A program made the translations under genes and the position numbers. A stretch of DNA of 64,000 nucleotides from Octopus vulgaris (lineage: Eukaryota): contig OX597827.1 in the NCBI GenBank assembly GCA_951406725.2, positions 37,944,001-38,008,000 of the forward strand, in the 5' to 3' direction. Positions 1 to 12,785 of the stretch are shown here, in pieces; the stretch's first letter is position 1, and every line of letters begins with the position of its first letter. Under the pieces are notes generated by a model, which saw only the letters and a list, made by a program, of their open reading frames with translations, searched no databases and had not been told where the DNA came from.

Positions 1-2293
1 GAACAACCCAACACAGTAGCAGTCGCAGAACATAAACAGACACCACTGAATGACCAGCGCACACACAGACACAAAACATGTCCAGTTCTACCTCATATAT
101 TGGCACAGTATTTCCCCTGTTTATTTTCTTCTTTGCCAACTTGAAGCAAGTTGGTAATGTCATGTGGTGAATTTTTTGGTGTATCCAAGAAGTAAATGCA
201 AGTGTTGATTAAATAAATTATTTAAAACACAATCCGATGCTTTCCCATTGTTTTACTTTGATGTCATCCACATGCCTATTTTATCTGCTACCTCAGCATT
301 TTTTGCTACACCATCTCACTACATAATATTGTCTGTTTAAAGAAAGCTAAATATAAAGGGAAGGTGATTATAAATATTTACAAATGCTTGCTGATACAGT
401 GATGTTTGTAAATATTTATGAATGAAGAATTTTGCCAAGGCGGTAAGAGTGTGAAAGAGACAGAGATAGAGACTGTGTAGATGTTGCTTGGAAAAAAACT
501 CTCTGTGTATGCCATTAATATAATCCTGTGTAATTTTATACTTTGTATGGTTGTGTATAGAAATATAAACAAATTAACGTACGTACACACACACACAAAT
601 ATACTCATTTGTTTTGAAGTTTGTAATTTGTTGTATTAAATATATTTATCCACCTGCTATGGAGAATGAATCTGATAGAAGGCGATGGTTAGCCAGAGAG
701 AGACAAAGGTGAAGAACAGCCAGTCTCACTCAGGAAGAACTGGATGCAAGAAGATTAAACAATACATTAAGGTTATTAAATCAATCACGAGAAGTGAGAC
801 AAGAGAGATGAGTGCAAAATGCAAGAAGACAGGCTCGAAGACGTCAAAATGAAAAGGAGCACCTAATTGCACAAAGGAGAGATATCCAAAGAAAGGGAGG
901 GCAGCACAAAAGTGCCGAGATGAAACAGAAGAGCAAGCAGCAGTGAGAAGAGAATATCTAAGAATGAAAGCATCACAAAGACGATGATGAAACAGAAGAG
1001 GAAGCAGCATAAAGGAGAGAAATCAATGAGAAGAATGGAAGAATTAAACAAACCATCCAAAACAAGGCAAACTCATTGCTGGTAGGGTTTTCACTAGAAA
1101 CGTAGTGCTGAAGCAATTACTGAGATAAAGGTTGTAATGTTTTTATTTTGATTTTATTATCTGTATCATTTTCATGCTGTCATTTTTGACGGTACGGGTA
1201 CACAAGTTATCTAAGATTATTCTTAATACACACAAACACAACTCACATAATACATATCCACAAGCAATACCACTTGATTCAATAAATGAATACCAGTTGC
1301 TTGACCTGCTAGAAATAACAACCGGATCTGTTCAGTTAAGTATGGCTGTGGAAGTTAAGAAGTTTGCTTTGTAACTAAGTGGTTTTGAGTTTGATCCTGC
1401 TGCGCAGCACCTTGGACAAGTGTCTTCTACCTTACCCTCAGGTCAATCAGAGCTTCTGGAATAAAAACTGGTATATGGAAGCTATATGGATCCCATTAAA
1501 GGGGCCATTCTTGGTGATAACGGTAGACTTAATCCTTAACACAACTACCTAATCCTTGAGGAACCTTCAACAGAGTCTGCTCTTCTGCTCTGATTTCAGG
1601 ATAACCTCTTCCCTTCAGTTACATGGGTTCCTGAAATTAATAATGGATACTGTCCTTCTTCTTAATCATTAAAAAGAAAAAAGCTTCTAATAGTCCCTGA
1701 GGAATCAAAGTGAGCCATAATGGCCAATTCTGTTTGCTTGTATTCACTGCAATCATCAGTACTGTACACCAACTAAAATGAAATACGTTCCGATAGTCAT
1801 GATAAGCACTGCATATATACATGTGCAATGTGGGCCCAGACTAGAACTAAACCTTAACAACAGTCAAGTCAGTCACTTTATTGACTGATGGACAAAACTA
1901 CAGGTTTAGTTTGACTGCTAGAAATAGGGAGAAATCTCCCTCAAATCACACCTTACAGTCTGCTTGGTCAAGGATAACATTGGACTAAACAACTACTGCT
2001 ACTATTGTTGCAACAGATAAGATTGAAGATATATTTGCTATGTCACTTGGCACTCATGAATAATGATTTCTCTGAAACACAAAATCAGAAATGTGGAAGA
2101 GAAAATAAAAGTTTTAAGAACTGAAACTTTATCCTTATGTTTCACTCTGTCTACTATTTCCCAGTTTCAGTGCATTTATCACTTCCAGTCACCTCATTAC
2201 TTTTAAATCCTGCCCAATTCACTACCACTCCAATCTTTGTTTTAAACAATAATTGAAATTAAACATTTACAGAAGATATTTCTTCTTTTTCAG

Positions 2294-2394
2294 GACTGAA
2301 TGTCAAGAACAGATAAATGGTTTCTATGGCGCCAAGTTTAAGAAGTTCAGTACAGAAGAGGAAGCTCTGGCTTTTGCAGAAATTCCGGCATCAG
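2294..2394 (+). CDS. RNASEH1: Ribonuclease H1, coding exon 2 (C-terminal half of hybrid-binding domain); gene body 2294-12785, its exon 1 presumably upstream of the window
   Basis: ttttcag|G ACT GAA...TCA G|gtgaat translates (W)TECQEQINGFYGAKFKKFSTEEEALAFAEIPAS, matching the RNase H1 HBD pattern WxECxxQVxxFxxAxFKKFxTxxEAxAF. Confidence 0.93.
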
Positions 2395-2609
2395 GTGAAT
2401 AGAATTTTAGTGCTGTTTGGTATAATCAGTAGAGTGTTGAATGAATATCTTGTGGTATTTAGCTCAGTTTTTTACGTTCTGAGTTCAAATCCTAGTTAGG
2501 TCAATTAACTTTCATCCTTCTGGGGCTCAATAATGGTCCAGTACTGAGATTGATATAGTCAGCTGTTCTCTCATTGTGACTTTGTGTCTGTATCAAAAAA
2601 TAATTATTG

Positions 2610-3260
2610 TGCAGGTTTGGTTGTGTTGTGAAGAAGCTTGCTTTGCAATCATATGATTTCAGGTTCAGTCCTACTATGCTTGCATTTTGGGCAAGTGTCT
2701 TATACTATAGTCCAGGCTGACCAATACCTTGTGAGTGAATTTGGTAAACAGAACGTGGCCGATGCCAGCGCCGCCTTGACTGGATTCCGTGCCGGTGGCA
2801 TGTAAAAAGCACCAATCCAATTGTGGCTGTTGTCAGCCTCGCCTGACACCTGTGCTGGTGGCACGTAAAAAGCACCCACTACACTCACGGAGTGGTTAGC
2901 ATTAGGAAGGACATCCAGCTGTAGAAACATTGCCAGATCAGACTGGAGCCTGGTGCAGCCTTCTGGCTTCCTAGATCCCCGGTTGAACCATCAAATCCAT
3001 GCTAGCATGGAGAACGGACGTTAAACGATGATGATGATGAAACTGAAGCCCATCACACAATGTGTGTCTGTCTTGTGTTTCTGCTTGACAACCAGAGTTA
3101 GTTTGTTTATGTGCCCATAACTTTGTAGTTTGACAAAAGAAACTGATGTAGTAAGTACCAGACTTTTAAAAAATTAGTACTGGCTCACTTTGTTCAACTA
3201 AATCGTTCAAGGCAGTGCATGGCTGCAATCCAAAAGCTGAAACAAATAAAGATGAAAGAT
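2610..3260 (+). mobile_element. tRNA-derived SINE split by an inserted RTE 3' end
   Basis: 5' half 2610-2752 and 3' half 3040-3260 align with the full SINE copy at 62615-62995. Confidence 0.7.
2755..3039 (+). mobile_element. RTE LINE 3' UTR fragment with (ATG)n tail
   Basis: Matches about 29050-29356 of the long RTE: gtgccggtggcacgtaaaaagcacc units, aggaagg-catccagctgtagaaac, gctagcatgg, (gat)n tail. Confidence 0.85.
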
Positions 3261-3923
3261 TGCTGTTGTGGCAGGATTAGTAGTGTCAGACAAAATGCTG
3301 TGCAGGTTTTGTTCCATCTCTTTCTATTGTGAGTTTAAATCCTACTATGATAAACTTTGTCTTTCATTTGTTGAGGGCCAATAAAAATAAAGTTCCAGGT
3401 AAGTACTATATTGGGCCACCATTGGTCAAGGTTAACCACATATCTGCTCTCGTGTATGTTTGAACAAGATTTTTGAAGAAGACTAGCAGATACCTATTCC
3501 AGTCACCCCATCAACTTGATGCCCTTGTTATTTGCAACCCTTAAGCAAGGTAATATTTTCCCTCATAGCCAGACATGTTTTTCACAGGAGATTAGAGATA
3601 AATAGCATTGTTTTAATGATGGAGATGTTCATTTACAATCATCACATCACACACACAAGGAACTTCTTTTAGTTTCCATCTTACAAATTCATTCATAAAG
3701 CTTTCTTTGGCCCAGGACTATAGCAGAAGATATTTGGTCTAGGTGCCACTGAACCTGAAACCATGTGGATGACTAACAAATTTCTTAAATACACACACAC
3801 TCTCTCTGTCTCTCAGTGGATATATATTTAATAGTCATTTTCCCATTTTTGCTCTCCCAAGTAATTAGTGTTTTTTTGTTAATATTATGTAACTAATTTG
3901 CTATTTTATTTATATATTAACAG

Positions 3924-4244
3924 ACAAAACTCTCTCCAGTGTAGCAAAATCTATTCAACCGATTATGAAAAAACTCATGTCCAGAGTGAAAGAAGTCTCT
4001 CCTCTCTGTCAGACACTGGTGTCAATGCTGGCTGATTTGGATGACTCAGAAGAAAGCAAAGAATTTTCAACATTAGCATGTAATGTTGAAAATGATTTGG
4101 CTAAGTTGACAACAAGTGTTAAACTGGCAATTGATTCTAAGCTTTTGACAGGAACTACTAAGAGGAAGGCTTCTGATTCATCTGAAGACGCATCAGAACC
4201 TCCTGAAAAGAAGAAGTGTGTTGAAGAAGAAGGAGGTTTTACTG
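3924..4244 (+). CDS. RNASEH1: Ribonuclease H1, coding exon 3 (long connection domain)
   Basis: aacag|...ACT G|gtaatg, 321 nt, phase 1/1 joins exon 2 and exon 4 in frame; DKTLSSVAKSIQPIMKKLMSR...KRKASDSSEDASEPPEKKKCVEEEGGFT; overlaps ORF 3965-4342. Confidence 0.85.
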
Positions 4245-4399
4245 GTAATGTATCATGTTTTCATTCTCCTTTTAAGAGATTGTTAATATTTTATTATTGT
4301 TTTTTGTTAATGAAAACTTGCAGCTTATTTTGCTTGGTATGATAAAAAGTGTCAGCTTCTCCTAGCCAGCAGGCTAAAGTGACACTTGTTTACTGATCA

Positions 4400-5340
4400 T
4401 GGTTCAAGAACTCTGTGGAGAACTCTTGCAGTTCCAAGCAATGCTGATTTTTACAGGTGTTCTATTTTTACATTTGTACCAATCTTCTTGAGCTGTATTG
4501 GTATTTGATAACTGCTGATTCTTCCACCTGCACCAATCACTATTTGTATCATGTCCACTCTCTCCATTGCCCATAACCTGTGTATTTCCCACTTCAATTC
4601 ATCATAGTTGTTCACTTTTTCTTTTTCTTTCTCTTCGATCCTGTTATCACCAGACATGCTTGTCAATTATCAGGCATATTTTATTTTATTTTCTGTTCAC
4701 CACAACAATGTTAGGTTTCCATTGTCTAATCTGATGATCACACTGAATCATTGTATTTCACAGGGTTTTGCAATCTTCATTCGCAGTAATTCCCTCTGAA
4801 ATTTGGTCATACCATGTCTGATCTTTCTAGGCCATAATTTCCACAAATCTCCAATGGATCATTCTTGCCTCATTGTCTTGTCGTCTTTGTATTTACAGTG
4901 TGCTGATTTTGGTTATTCACTAACAATGCACACTGTTTCACTCCTCTCACCATTCATTTGGCATTTGTCACTTTTAGTTGTGCTATCAATTTTGCACTTT
5001 ACATAGTTTGTCCTCAATGCTTGTTCTTGTGCTGTGCATATAAGTGCTTCTGTGTCTGTCTTGGAGCTCATATCTCTTGCAAACTGACTGTACTTTTATT
5101 TGTGTTTTTTTCTTCTTTAGATTTCTCTTTCTTAACACAATTATCAATTTTAATGATTTTGGACTTCTTCACATGTATCAGCAATGGTTCTGTGGTATTT
5201 TTTACATATCATTCTAAGCTGCTTTTCTCTGCTTCAACACAATCCCAACAACTGATCAAATCCCTCCCACCCTTTCTTCTGGACAAGTACAACCTATATG
5301 TATCACTCTTGGAATAAATTGCTCCATGCACTGTCAATAG
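4400..5340 (-). mobile_element. Decayed R4/Dong-like non-LTR retrotransposon 3' part (restriction-like endonuclease)
   Basis: Minus-strand peptides GDNRIEEKEKEKVNNYDELKWEIHRLWAMERVDMIQIVIGA and RLYLSRRKVGGI-like segment resemble the RLE domain and post-RT region of R4/Dong elements. Confidence 0.7.
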
Positions 5341-6281
5341 TTTCCATGACTTCATAATCATACTCATCAGTCAATAGTTTCTGTGTCTTTGAATCCATAC
5401 TCATCATCATCATCATCATTATTATTATTGCAATCCCTACCAAGATCTACTTTGCCATTCACCTCTCCATGGTTAATAAAATAATGTACTTGTCAGTTAC
5501 AAGGCAGGTTTTGTGCCTATACTAGAAACAATTATTATTATTAGGGATTGGTAGAATCAGTAGAGCATCAAGAAAATTTCTCACATGTGTTTGCTCTGGC
5601 TCTTTATGTCCTGAGTTCAAATTCTGCCAATGCCAACTTTGTCTTTCATCCTTTCAGAGTTGACCTTGAACTCACCAATCAAGTAAGTTTAAGGTCAATG
5701 GTTTTGACTAACCTGCTCCCCTCAAAAATGTTGGCCTTGTGCCAAAATTAAAATCATTGGTATAGTCTCTCACCAACGCTTCTCAGCCTCTGGGTCACAA
5801 ACATGCTATTCCTTCACTCTGCCTTTTCTACCACTGATGCTGTGGTTTCTGCTCTTTGGAGCTGGCTGGTCTCAAGCCAATTTCTCTCATCTCTATCTTT
5901 CTTTCCTCTACCATATTGTGTCTAACTACTATGCCCAAGCCTACTTCCCCAGGGCATCAGTCCTTTGAAATTTACTTGCTATTCTTATTTTCCTGAAATT
6001 GTATAGAAACATTGATCTCACTGGATTTGGAAGATTTGTCAGATATTCGTAGAGCCCTTCCTCACAGTAAAATTGATAAAAAAGAAACAGCTTAACAATT
6101 ACATTCACTCATTTGTCTCACCCTAAATATTCTCCCTAGAGATTACACTCTCCATAATTTCTAGCCAGTTCATAGATGATTTATATAAAGAGCCAGGCAA
6201 CAATATATTTTTTATAATTTCTATAAAGAGCCAAGCTGCAATATATTTTTATATATAATTTATGCAAATTTTTCTTTATAG

Positions 6282-6396
6282 GAAAAAAATTTGCTGATGA
6301 TGATGGAGTTGTTGTTTTCACTGATGGCTGCTGTTTCCACAATGGTAAACATGGTGCCTCAGCTGGACTTGGTGTCTACTGGGGAGACGGAGAAAA
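6282..6396 (+). CDS. RNASEH1: Ribonuclease H1, coding exon 4 (first catalytic Asp)
   Basis: tttatag|...AA|gtaagt; [38 protein letters not shown](K), the canonical TDG..NG..AGxGVYWG motif. Confidence 0.96.
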
Positions 6397-6429
6397 GTAA
6401 GTTTTTTGTTTTGTTTTGTTTCTTGTTAG

Positions 6430-6630
6430 CGCCATGATAGATCGTTAGCTCCTACACGCATTTTTTTCTCTCCTTGTTTTTTTCTGCGTATCTTTCTGTT
6501 GAAGAGCGTAGGCTCGAAATGTAAAAGACTTTTTCTATTTCTATTCCTGAGCACTATACTAATACATTTGTTTGTTTGTACTCACCTGCCTTCGTCTTTT
6601 GTTTATTTTTGTAAACTTTCCCGTTATATA
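6430..6630 (+). mobile_element. Penelope-like terminal repeat remnant with degenerate hammerhead motif
   Basis: tcttt-CTGTTGA-a-gagc(gtag)gctc-GAAA-tgta-aaaga; ends in a TA run. Confidence 0.5.
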
Positions 6631-7282
6631 TATGAATATGACACAATATTATCTGTCTGTCTGTATGCATATGTATGTTTGTACAGAAACTCATTTATCA
6701 ACAAAATCATTAAAGATATTTAGTCAATTGGAGATATGACTATTGAAAGCACGAAATGTTTTATTTTCAAAAGTATTAGCTTTATTTAACTAAATGTTTC
6801 TAACAATCACATTGAGAAATTTGTGTTTATCTGTGTACATACATTCACACATACTGAGAGACAGCTAGACAATGAATACAGTTATATTCATAAGAATGTG
6901 TATGTGTGTAGTGTATCATTGTATAAGGAATGAAAGACTTGACAGACTGAAAGAATGGAGATTCTTTTTTTTTTTCTTTCCAATATTGCAATAAGCTACT
7001 TCTTCTAAAAGATCAGTCTGTCTGTCTATCTACTTACCAGCTATCTATTTAGCACTATTTTTTACCTTGAATGTGCACGATGGTGTATAGTGTGTGTATG
7101 ATGATATATGTCGGTTTGTGTGTATGTCTGTAGGTGAGTATATATGATGGTGTATATTGCTTTGTGTATGTATATGATTGTATTTGAAAATGTATATTGG
7201 TTCATTGCTTCATATGATGAAAAGCAGTGTAATTTTTATTAGTCAGCAGAATTACTAAGTCTAGCATGCTCTGTTTTTACAG

Positions 7283-7337
7283 GAACACAAGTGAAAGACT
7301 TGGTGGCCGACAAACAAACAATCGCGCTGAAATATAT
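7283..7337 (+). CDS. RNASEH1: Ribonuclease H1, coding exon 5 (catalytic Glu)
   Basis: tttacag|...TAT|gtaagc; NTSERLGGRQTNNRAEIY (QTNNRAE motif). Confidence 0.96.
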
Positions 7338-7567
7338 GTAAGCCATTCTATTTAAGTTTTCAAGTGAAAATACTGAGAGAATTATTTGTTGGGAAGCTCC
7401 TCATTAATTGACACCTTGTGTGTGGAGTGGGGTGACTTCATCTGAAGGCACAAAAAACTCTTCCCTTTCTTGCTATTGTAACTTCAACCTTTATATTTAA
7501 GCATCTAGAGATGTTTTTTTTTGTTTTTGTTTAGTCTTTTTCTAAAATGAAATTATTTTGTTTGCAG

Positions 7568-7652
7568 GCTGCCATTAGAGCTGTTGAACAAGCAAAGGCC
7601 AAAAAGATTTCAAACCTTATTATCAAAACTGATAGTCAGTTCCTAATAAACT
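7568..7652 (+). CDS. RNASEH1: Ribonuclease H1, coding exon 6 (TDS motif)
   Basis: ttgcag|...T|gtaagt; AAIRAVEQAKAKKISNLIIKTDSQFLIN. Confidence 0.96.
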
Positions 7653-8379
7653 GTAAGTTATGTTTGTTTTTCCTATGAATCAACTAATCCTTAACCTATT
7701 TAGTGTTGGTGGATGTTATTCCCTAACTTCTTTCATTTGGAACCCAAGTATTTTACTTCTATCAGTGAATGTCCAGAGAATCTCTTAGTGTTGTGTGTGA
7801 CTACATCCTATTGCAAAATTATTATATGTTAAGGTTGAAGCAGAAAATTGTGCATGTTATTTTAGATCGATGCTGATTGAACAAAGCAGACTATCCTGTT
7901 TTGTTTTGTTTTTTTATTTCTTAAATGTATCTAGAACTACATTTATCCAATGTGTCTATCCATTTTTAAGATGGTAGGGAATGATTTGAGGGAGATCAGA
8001 TTGCTATTTCTAGCATGTTAAGTAATTATAGAGCCTCCCTCATTGGCCTGGGGATTAGGTATTTCCAGAATACCTCTTTTACAATATTCACCTTTAGCAG
8101 CAGGGCTTTTTACATGTAGTCTTCCAGGAACAAATTGGCAGATGTTTATATGTTTATTGGTCAGCTTCATTGTAGCAAATAGCAGCTGGAGCTACGCTTA
8201 TCTTTGCTCTTCACAGAATATTTGTACAAGTAAATCTGTTACAGGTAATATTTATGTGGAATACTTTTGTTTTTATTTTTCAGTTTGTTTATCTACTTCT
8301 CATTCATCATAATATTGTTATTTCTGTTTGTATAGCTGTGCATGGGGAGACTCATTGAACCAAGTGACACCATAGTCAT

Positions 8380-8647
8380 GACCTTTGCTAGTGTCATGTA
8401 AATGGCACCTGTGAAATCGTAGTCATGGCTGTTACTGGTGTCATGTAAAAGGTGCCCATGCCAGTGGCACATAAAAAAGCACCCATTACACTTTCGGAGT
8501 GGTTGGTATTAGAAAGGGCATCCACCTGTAAAAACCATGCCAAATCAGACTGGAATCTGGTGCAGCTCTCCAGCTTACCACTTCCAGTCAAACCGTCTAA
8601 CCCATGCCAGCATGGTAAACAGACATTAAATGATGATGATAATGATG
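8380..8647 (+). mobile_element. Old RTE 3' UTR fragment
   Basis: Similar to the RTE 3' end, with (gat)n tail. Confidence 0.75.
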
Positions 8648-8712
8648 ATAGCCACACCCACATCTCTCATGTCACAGGTGTTATTTTATTAACCATACAT
8701 ATCTTGGAACTA

Positions 8713-9850
8713 TTGGGTCATGCCATAAATAATGTGGTTTTTTGTACTTCTTTCATTTTTCAAAATTAAGATAAACAAAATTCTTTTCCAGTCTAAAATA
8801 TACTCTCCTTCATTTTCTACAATGCTCTTCCATATATCTGGTACACTTGCCCCTCTTCCAAAATTCACTTGTCTGTGACGAAAAATACTCCTCCAGTACA
8901 GTTCTGACCTCATCTGCAAAATTCCTATTTTTTAGCCCAAATAATTTTGAAGACTGCAGAATAAATGATAATCAGATGGGGCAATGTCCGGTGAATATGG
9001 TTTCCCATTCAAACTGCTCCAGCCTTTGGAATGTCATCCTTGCTATATGTGGCTGAGCATTATTCTGATGGAAGAACACCTTTCGTCTTGAAACCAAAAA
9101 TAGTTGTTTTTCTTTTAGTGCTGACTTAAGTTGCTCAAGCTGCTCGCAGTAGATCTCCTTTGTTATTGTTTGGTTTGGGTTTAAAAGTTCAATGTGGACT
9201 AAACCTTTCATATCCCACCATACAGATAACAACACATTATGTGGTGCCAGTGTTTCTCCTTTTCCTACCCAATGTCTTCAGTGCTTGACATGTTTATAGA
9301 GAACCCATTTCTTGTCACCAGTCACTACTTGGTCCAAAAAAGTTCATTTGTGAGATGTAACAGCAAAGAAGAACACCCATTCACTCTCTGCGCGCAATTA
9401 GACTCAGGACGTTTGTGGGGGACCCATTGACCTAATTTGCTGACTTTTCTAATGGCACACAGGTGTTGATGAATGGTTGAATGACCAAATCCAAGTTTCT
9501 CTGCTAGTTCCTCAACAGTTACAATGGGATTTTGTTCCACCAGGGTTTGCAGGATGTCCTCGTTGGGCTCTACAGATCTTCCAGAATGAGGCTCGTCTTC
9601 TAGGCTGTAGTTTCTGGCTCGGAATTTCTGGAACCACTGTTGATACTGGCTTATGCTTATTTCTGAACCCCATATACTGCATTAATATACCTTGCAATTT
9701 CTGTTGCTTTGTTGCCTTTATTGAACTTATAAAGCATAATATACCGAATATGCTCCTTTGTCATTTCCATTACAGCTTTGACAAAATAACTGTTAAAATT
9801 GCACTGTACTCTTCAAAACTTGCACTAAGAATAAGCACAAGGTAAAATTA
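8713..9850 (-). mobile_element. Mariner (Tc1/mariner) transposon remnant in RNase H1 intron 6
   Basis: Broken ORFs with mariner motifs: TVEELAEKLGFGHSTIHQHL (HTH), KLGQWVPH, MLLSVWWDMKGLVHIELL, FHQNNAQPH; TA followed by a TIR-like end at 8711-8740. Confidence 0.85.
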
Positions 9851-10260
9851 GAAACAAAGTGAGGGTTGACAATAGGAAATACATCTGGCTGTAGAAAATC
9901 TGCCTTAACTATTTCAGTCTGATCCATGCAAGTATGGAAAAATGGATGTTAAATTATGATGATGGTGGTTTCTCTGGTGTTTGCTGTCATTATTGACTTC
10001 CATGATAATTACTTTGTGTATTTGTGTATCTTATTCATGAGAGAAGTGGGGCCTTAACCTGAGCGTCAACACTTCAGAGCTTGCAATAAATTTAAATTAA
10101 AAGGAACCAAGAGATTAACACAAATACTTGTAACAGAATAAGTTAGAGGCCATTAGTGACCAGAGGGTATTGTTACGCTGGGTGGGATTTTAAATGTAAC
10201 ACCAAAAAGTTAGGCCTAAGACAATAATGTTAAATCTGTTCCTTCTCTCCCTCACACCAG

Positions 10261-10385
10261 GTATAACTAAATGGTTGGAGGGTTGGAAAAAGAAGAACTG
10301 GATGAAATCAAGTGGAGAAGAAGTGACAAACAAAGAAGAACTGCAGGAATTGGATAAGAAATTGGAGGGAATCAATGTTAAATGG
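10261..10385 (+). CDS. RNASEH1: Ribonuclease H1, coding exon 7 (basic protrusion)
   Basis: caccag|...TGG|gtaagt; CITKWLEGWKKKNWMKSSGEEVTNKEELQELDKKLEGINVKW. Confidence 0.96.
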
Positions 10386-10462
10386 GTAAGTTTAAGCAGG
10401 ACAACTGGGAAGCTAAAAGAAAACTCTATCATGACATCTAAACCAACTGAAGGATTTTATTC

Positions 10463-10463
<1 letters not shown>

Positions 10464-10527
<64 letters not shown>
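10464..10527. repeat. (TG)n(AG)n microsatellite
   Basis: Seen directly. Confidence 0.95.
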
Positions 10528-10530
<3 letters not shown>

Positions 10531-12266
10531 CATGTTTGATTGTGTGCTTTGTTTTTTTTTTCCATTGTGGTCTAATTAGAAGAGGTTAAGATTACTTATC
10601 AAGGTTTGCAAAGATTTTGGTAAGAGATTAGAAAATCTGACTGTAATTTTGGAGGAGAAAAAATTTTTCAGTCTGTGTGCTTTTCACCTTTCCTACTGAT
10701 CATCTTGATGATATAGTAGAAGTTGATGATGGTATGAGGGGTTTCTTCCATATGTTGCAGACTGTTAGGTTTGGTTGTGTGAGCAGTGTGGAAGGACATA
10801 TCTAGGAGAATGGTTTCAGTCCCACATTTAACTGTCTGATGAGTCAGAGGTGAAACATATGTTGTGAAGAGTCATCAGTGTAGAACTGGTAGTGTCAACC
10901 AGTGAGTTGAGGTACCAGAGAACTGGCAAGGGTTGTTGTGCTTTGATTAGCTGTAAGTTGGAGCATTCTGTGAGGTGCAACTCTAAAAATGTTGTTGTTT
11001 TAACCCTAGATCAACCCTAATTGAACAGACTTATGATCAAAGGTATTCTAGCCAAGGCCATGCATCTTTTCTGAAGTATGTCCTATTCCAAGACAGCAGG
11101 GTGTGATTTAAGAGAAATTTGGCTTTTTCTAGCAAGTTGTTACTACTTAGATGCTCTCTCCTCCCTTTTCTCTGATAATGAAGTAAAAGCTTTGAGGTGA
11201 GAAATAGATCAATAATTTTTTAATATTTAATTTTATGGATTTGGGCAGGTGACCACACAAATTAGTGCAAAATTTAGGGATGGAAAACTGCTCATCCTCA
11301 ACAGTAGCTGCATTGGTGTAGGAGGAGTGAGAGAGGAAAGAAATGTGATGAGAATAAGTACAAAGAAAGGTGAGGCAAGATGTCATCAGTGTAAAATAAT
11401 TGGTAGTTGAACTACTGTTGATGTTGGAGAGGTTTGAAGAAAAGTAGTGGCTATAAAGAAACTTAGCAGGGAGACTTAGAGCCACAGTAACTGGAAGTCT
11501 TTTTGCTTCCACTCTCTCCTCTTCTCATCTGGTTATCAACCAAATAATACTTTTCAGTGTGTGAAGGTGGAATATAGAATGTAGTCTGAACAACGGATGA
11601 ACTGGAAATAGATGAGAAATAGCTGGCACAGAACAGAATAAAATTTGAATGAGGGAGGAGAAAAGCAAGTATGCATATGTACACCCCTGCCACACACATC
11701 CTTAACTCTCTTAAGTTTGTTTCAACTACTGAATGAACTAGCACAAAGAATTACAATGTTCCAGATGATCTATTCTCATTGACAGATTGTCAAAGAACTC
11801 TAGAAGAATTAAATGTCATTTTAATCTCTCATCAAAAATTTGAGTAGATGCCTAGAAAATTTTTCATGTCTAAAAATGTTAGTAATAACTTTCTATTATT
11901 CAAAGAAACAAGAACCTTTTCTTTAATAACCAATGAAAATAGTCATAAACAGTTGTTATTATATATTGCCTAGCACTTAGAAGAAAGGGGTTTTAAAGAA
12001 AATAGTGTATTTGAATGGTTGTTTTTAATTTAAAAAAACACTATTTTATGAATGAATCAATGCTTAAAATTTTAGACATGAATTTGAAACAGAAAAGGCA
12101 AGATGCCTACTTACCTCTTTTGAGAGAAATGTTAGTATAATTTGTAACTTGATTAACCAAGGAATGGTCAGTACTTAATAACAAACCAGTGGGACTGGTT
12201 TATTGTTATTAGAATTATTATTAAAAGAAAGAAAATTGTTGGCCTTGTGCGAAAATTATAAGGAAT

Positions 12267-12355
12267 TATCAATATTAAGGTTCATAGAAATGAATTGTGT
12301 TCATGGCCCACATATCAATATTAAGGTTCATAGAAATGAATTGTGTTCATGGCCC
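12267..12355. repeat. Perfect 43-bp tandem duplication (period 46)
   Basis: tatcaatattaaggttcatagaaatgaattgtgttcatggccc at 12267-12309 and 12313-12355. Confidence 0.9.
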
Positions 12356-12695
12356 TCTAAGAGTGGTTAAGTTGGCTGCTTCAAGTTGATTGCCACAGAA
12401 AGAACTAGGGCAGGAAGGGAATTCCAATGGAATGTTATTCAGGGAAGGGAAGGACTTGGAAGTGATTATTGTAGGCCTGGGAATACAATATGCATGTTTC
12501 AAATTGGTACTAATGTTTAGAGATTTTTAAAATTATTATTTTATTTAATTTTATAGTTTAATGAGAGTTTCTCTAATTTCTATTCTCAGTCTCCGCATAG
12601 GAGAATAAAAATAGATAGGCTGTGGATAGCCTCCTCTTTACATCAACAAGTAAATATAAAAATTATTTTGATTGCATATTATTTCTATTTCCTAG

Positions 12696-12785
12696 ATCCA
12701 TGTGGATGCTCATTGTGGAGTGGCTGGAAACGAAGCTGCTGACAAATTGGCCAATAAAGGAGCAAAACTTCCTCTACCTGAGTAG
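12696..12785 (+). CDS. RNASEH1: Ribonuclease H1, last coding exon
   Basis: tcctag|IHVDAHCGVAGNEAADKLANKGAKLPLPE* (HVxxH..GNExAD motif); AATAAA at about 12820. Confidence 0.96.
   Translation: MHVDAHCGVAGNEAADKLANKGAKLPLPE

Noticed and set aside
660-1060. Purine-rich segment encoding E/R/K-rich peptide (ETEEQAAVRRE), possibly a Helitron N-terminal remnant
   Set aside because: Multiple stops and no diagnostic motif or element ends
10680-11720. ORFs 11147-11512 and 11463-11744 as genes
   Set aside because: No recognisable motifs; the region looks like highly decayed LINE sequence that I cannot classify
6282-12785. RNase H domain as retroelement-derived
   Set aside because: Multi-exon structure, hybrid-binding domain and motifs match cellular RNase H1
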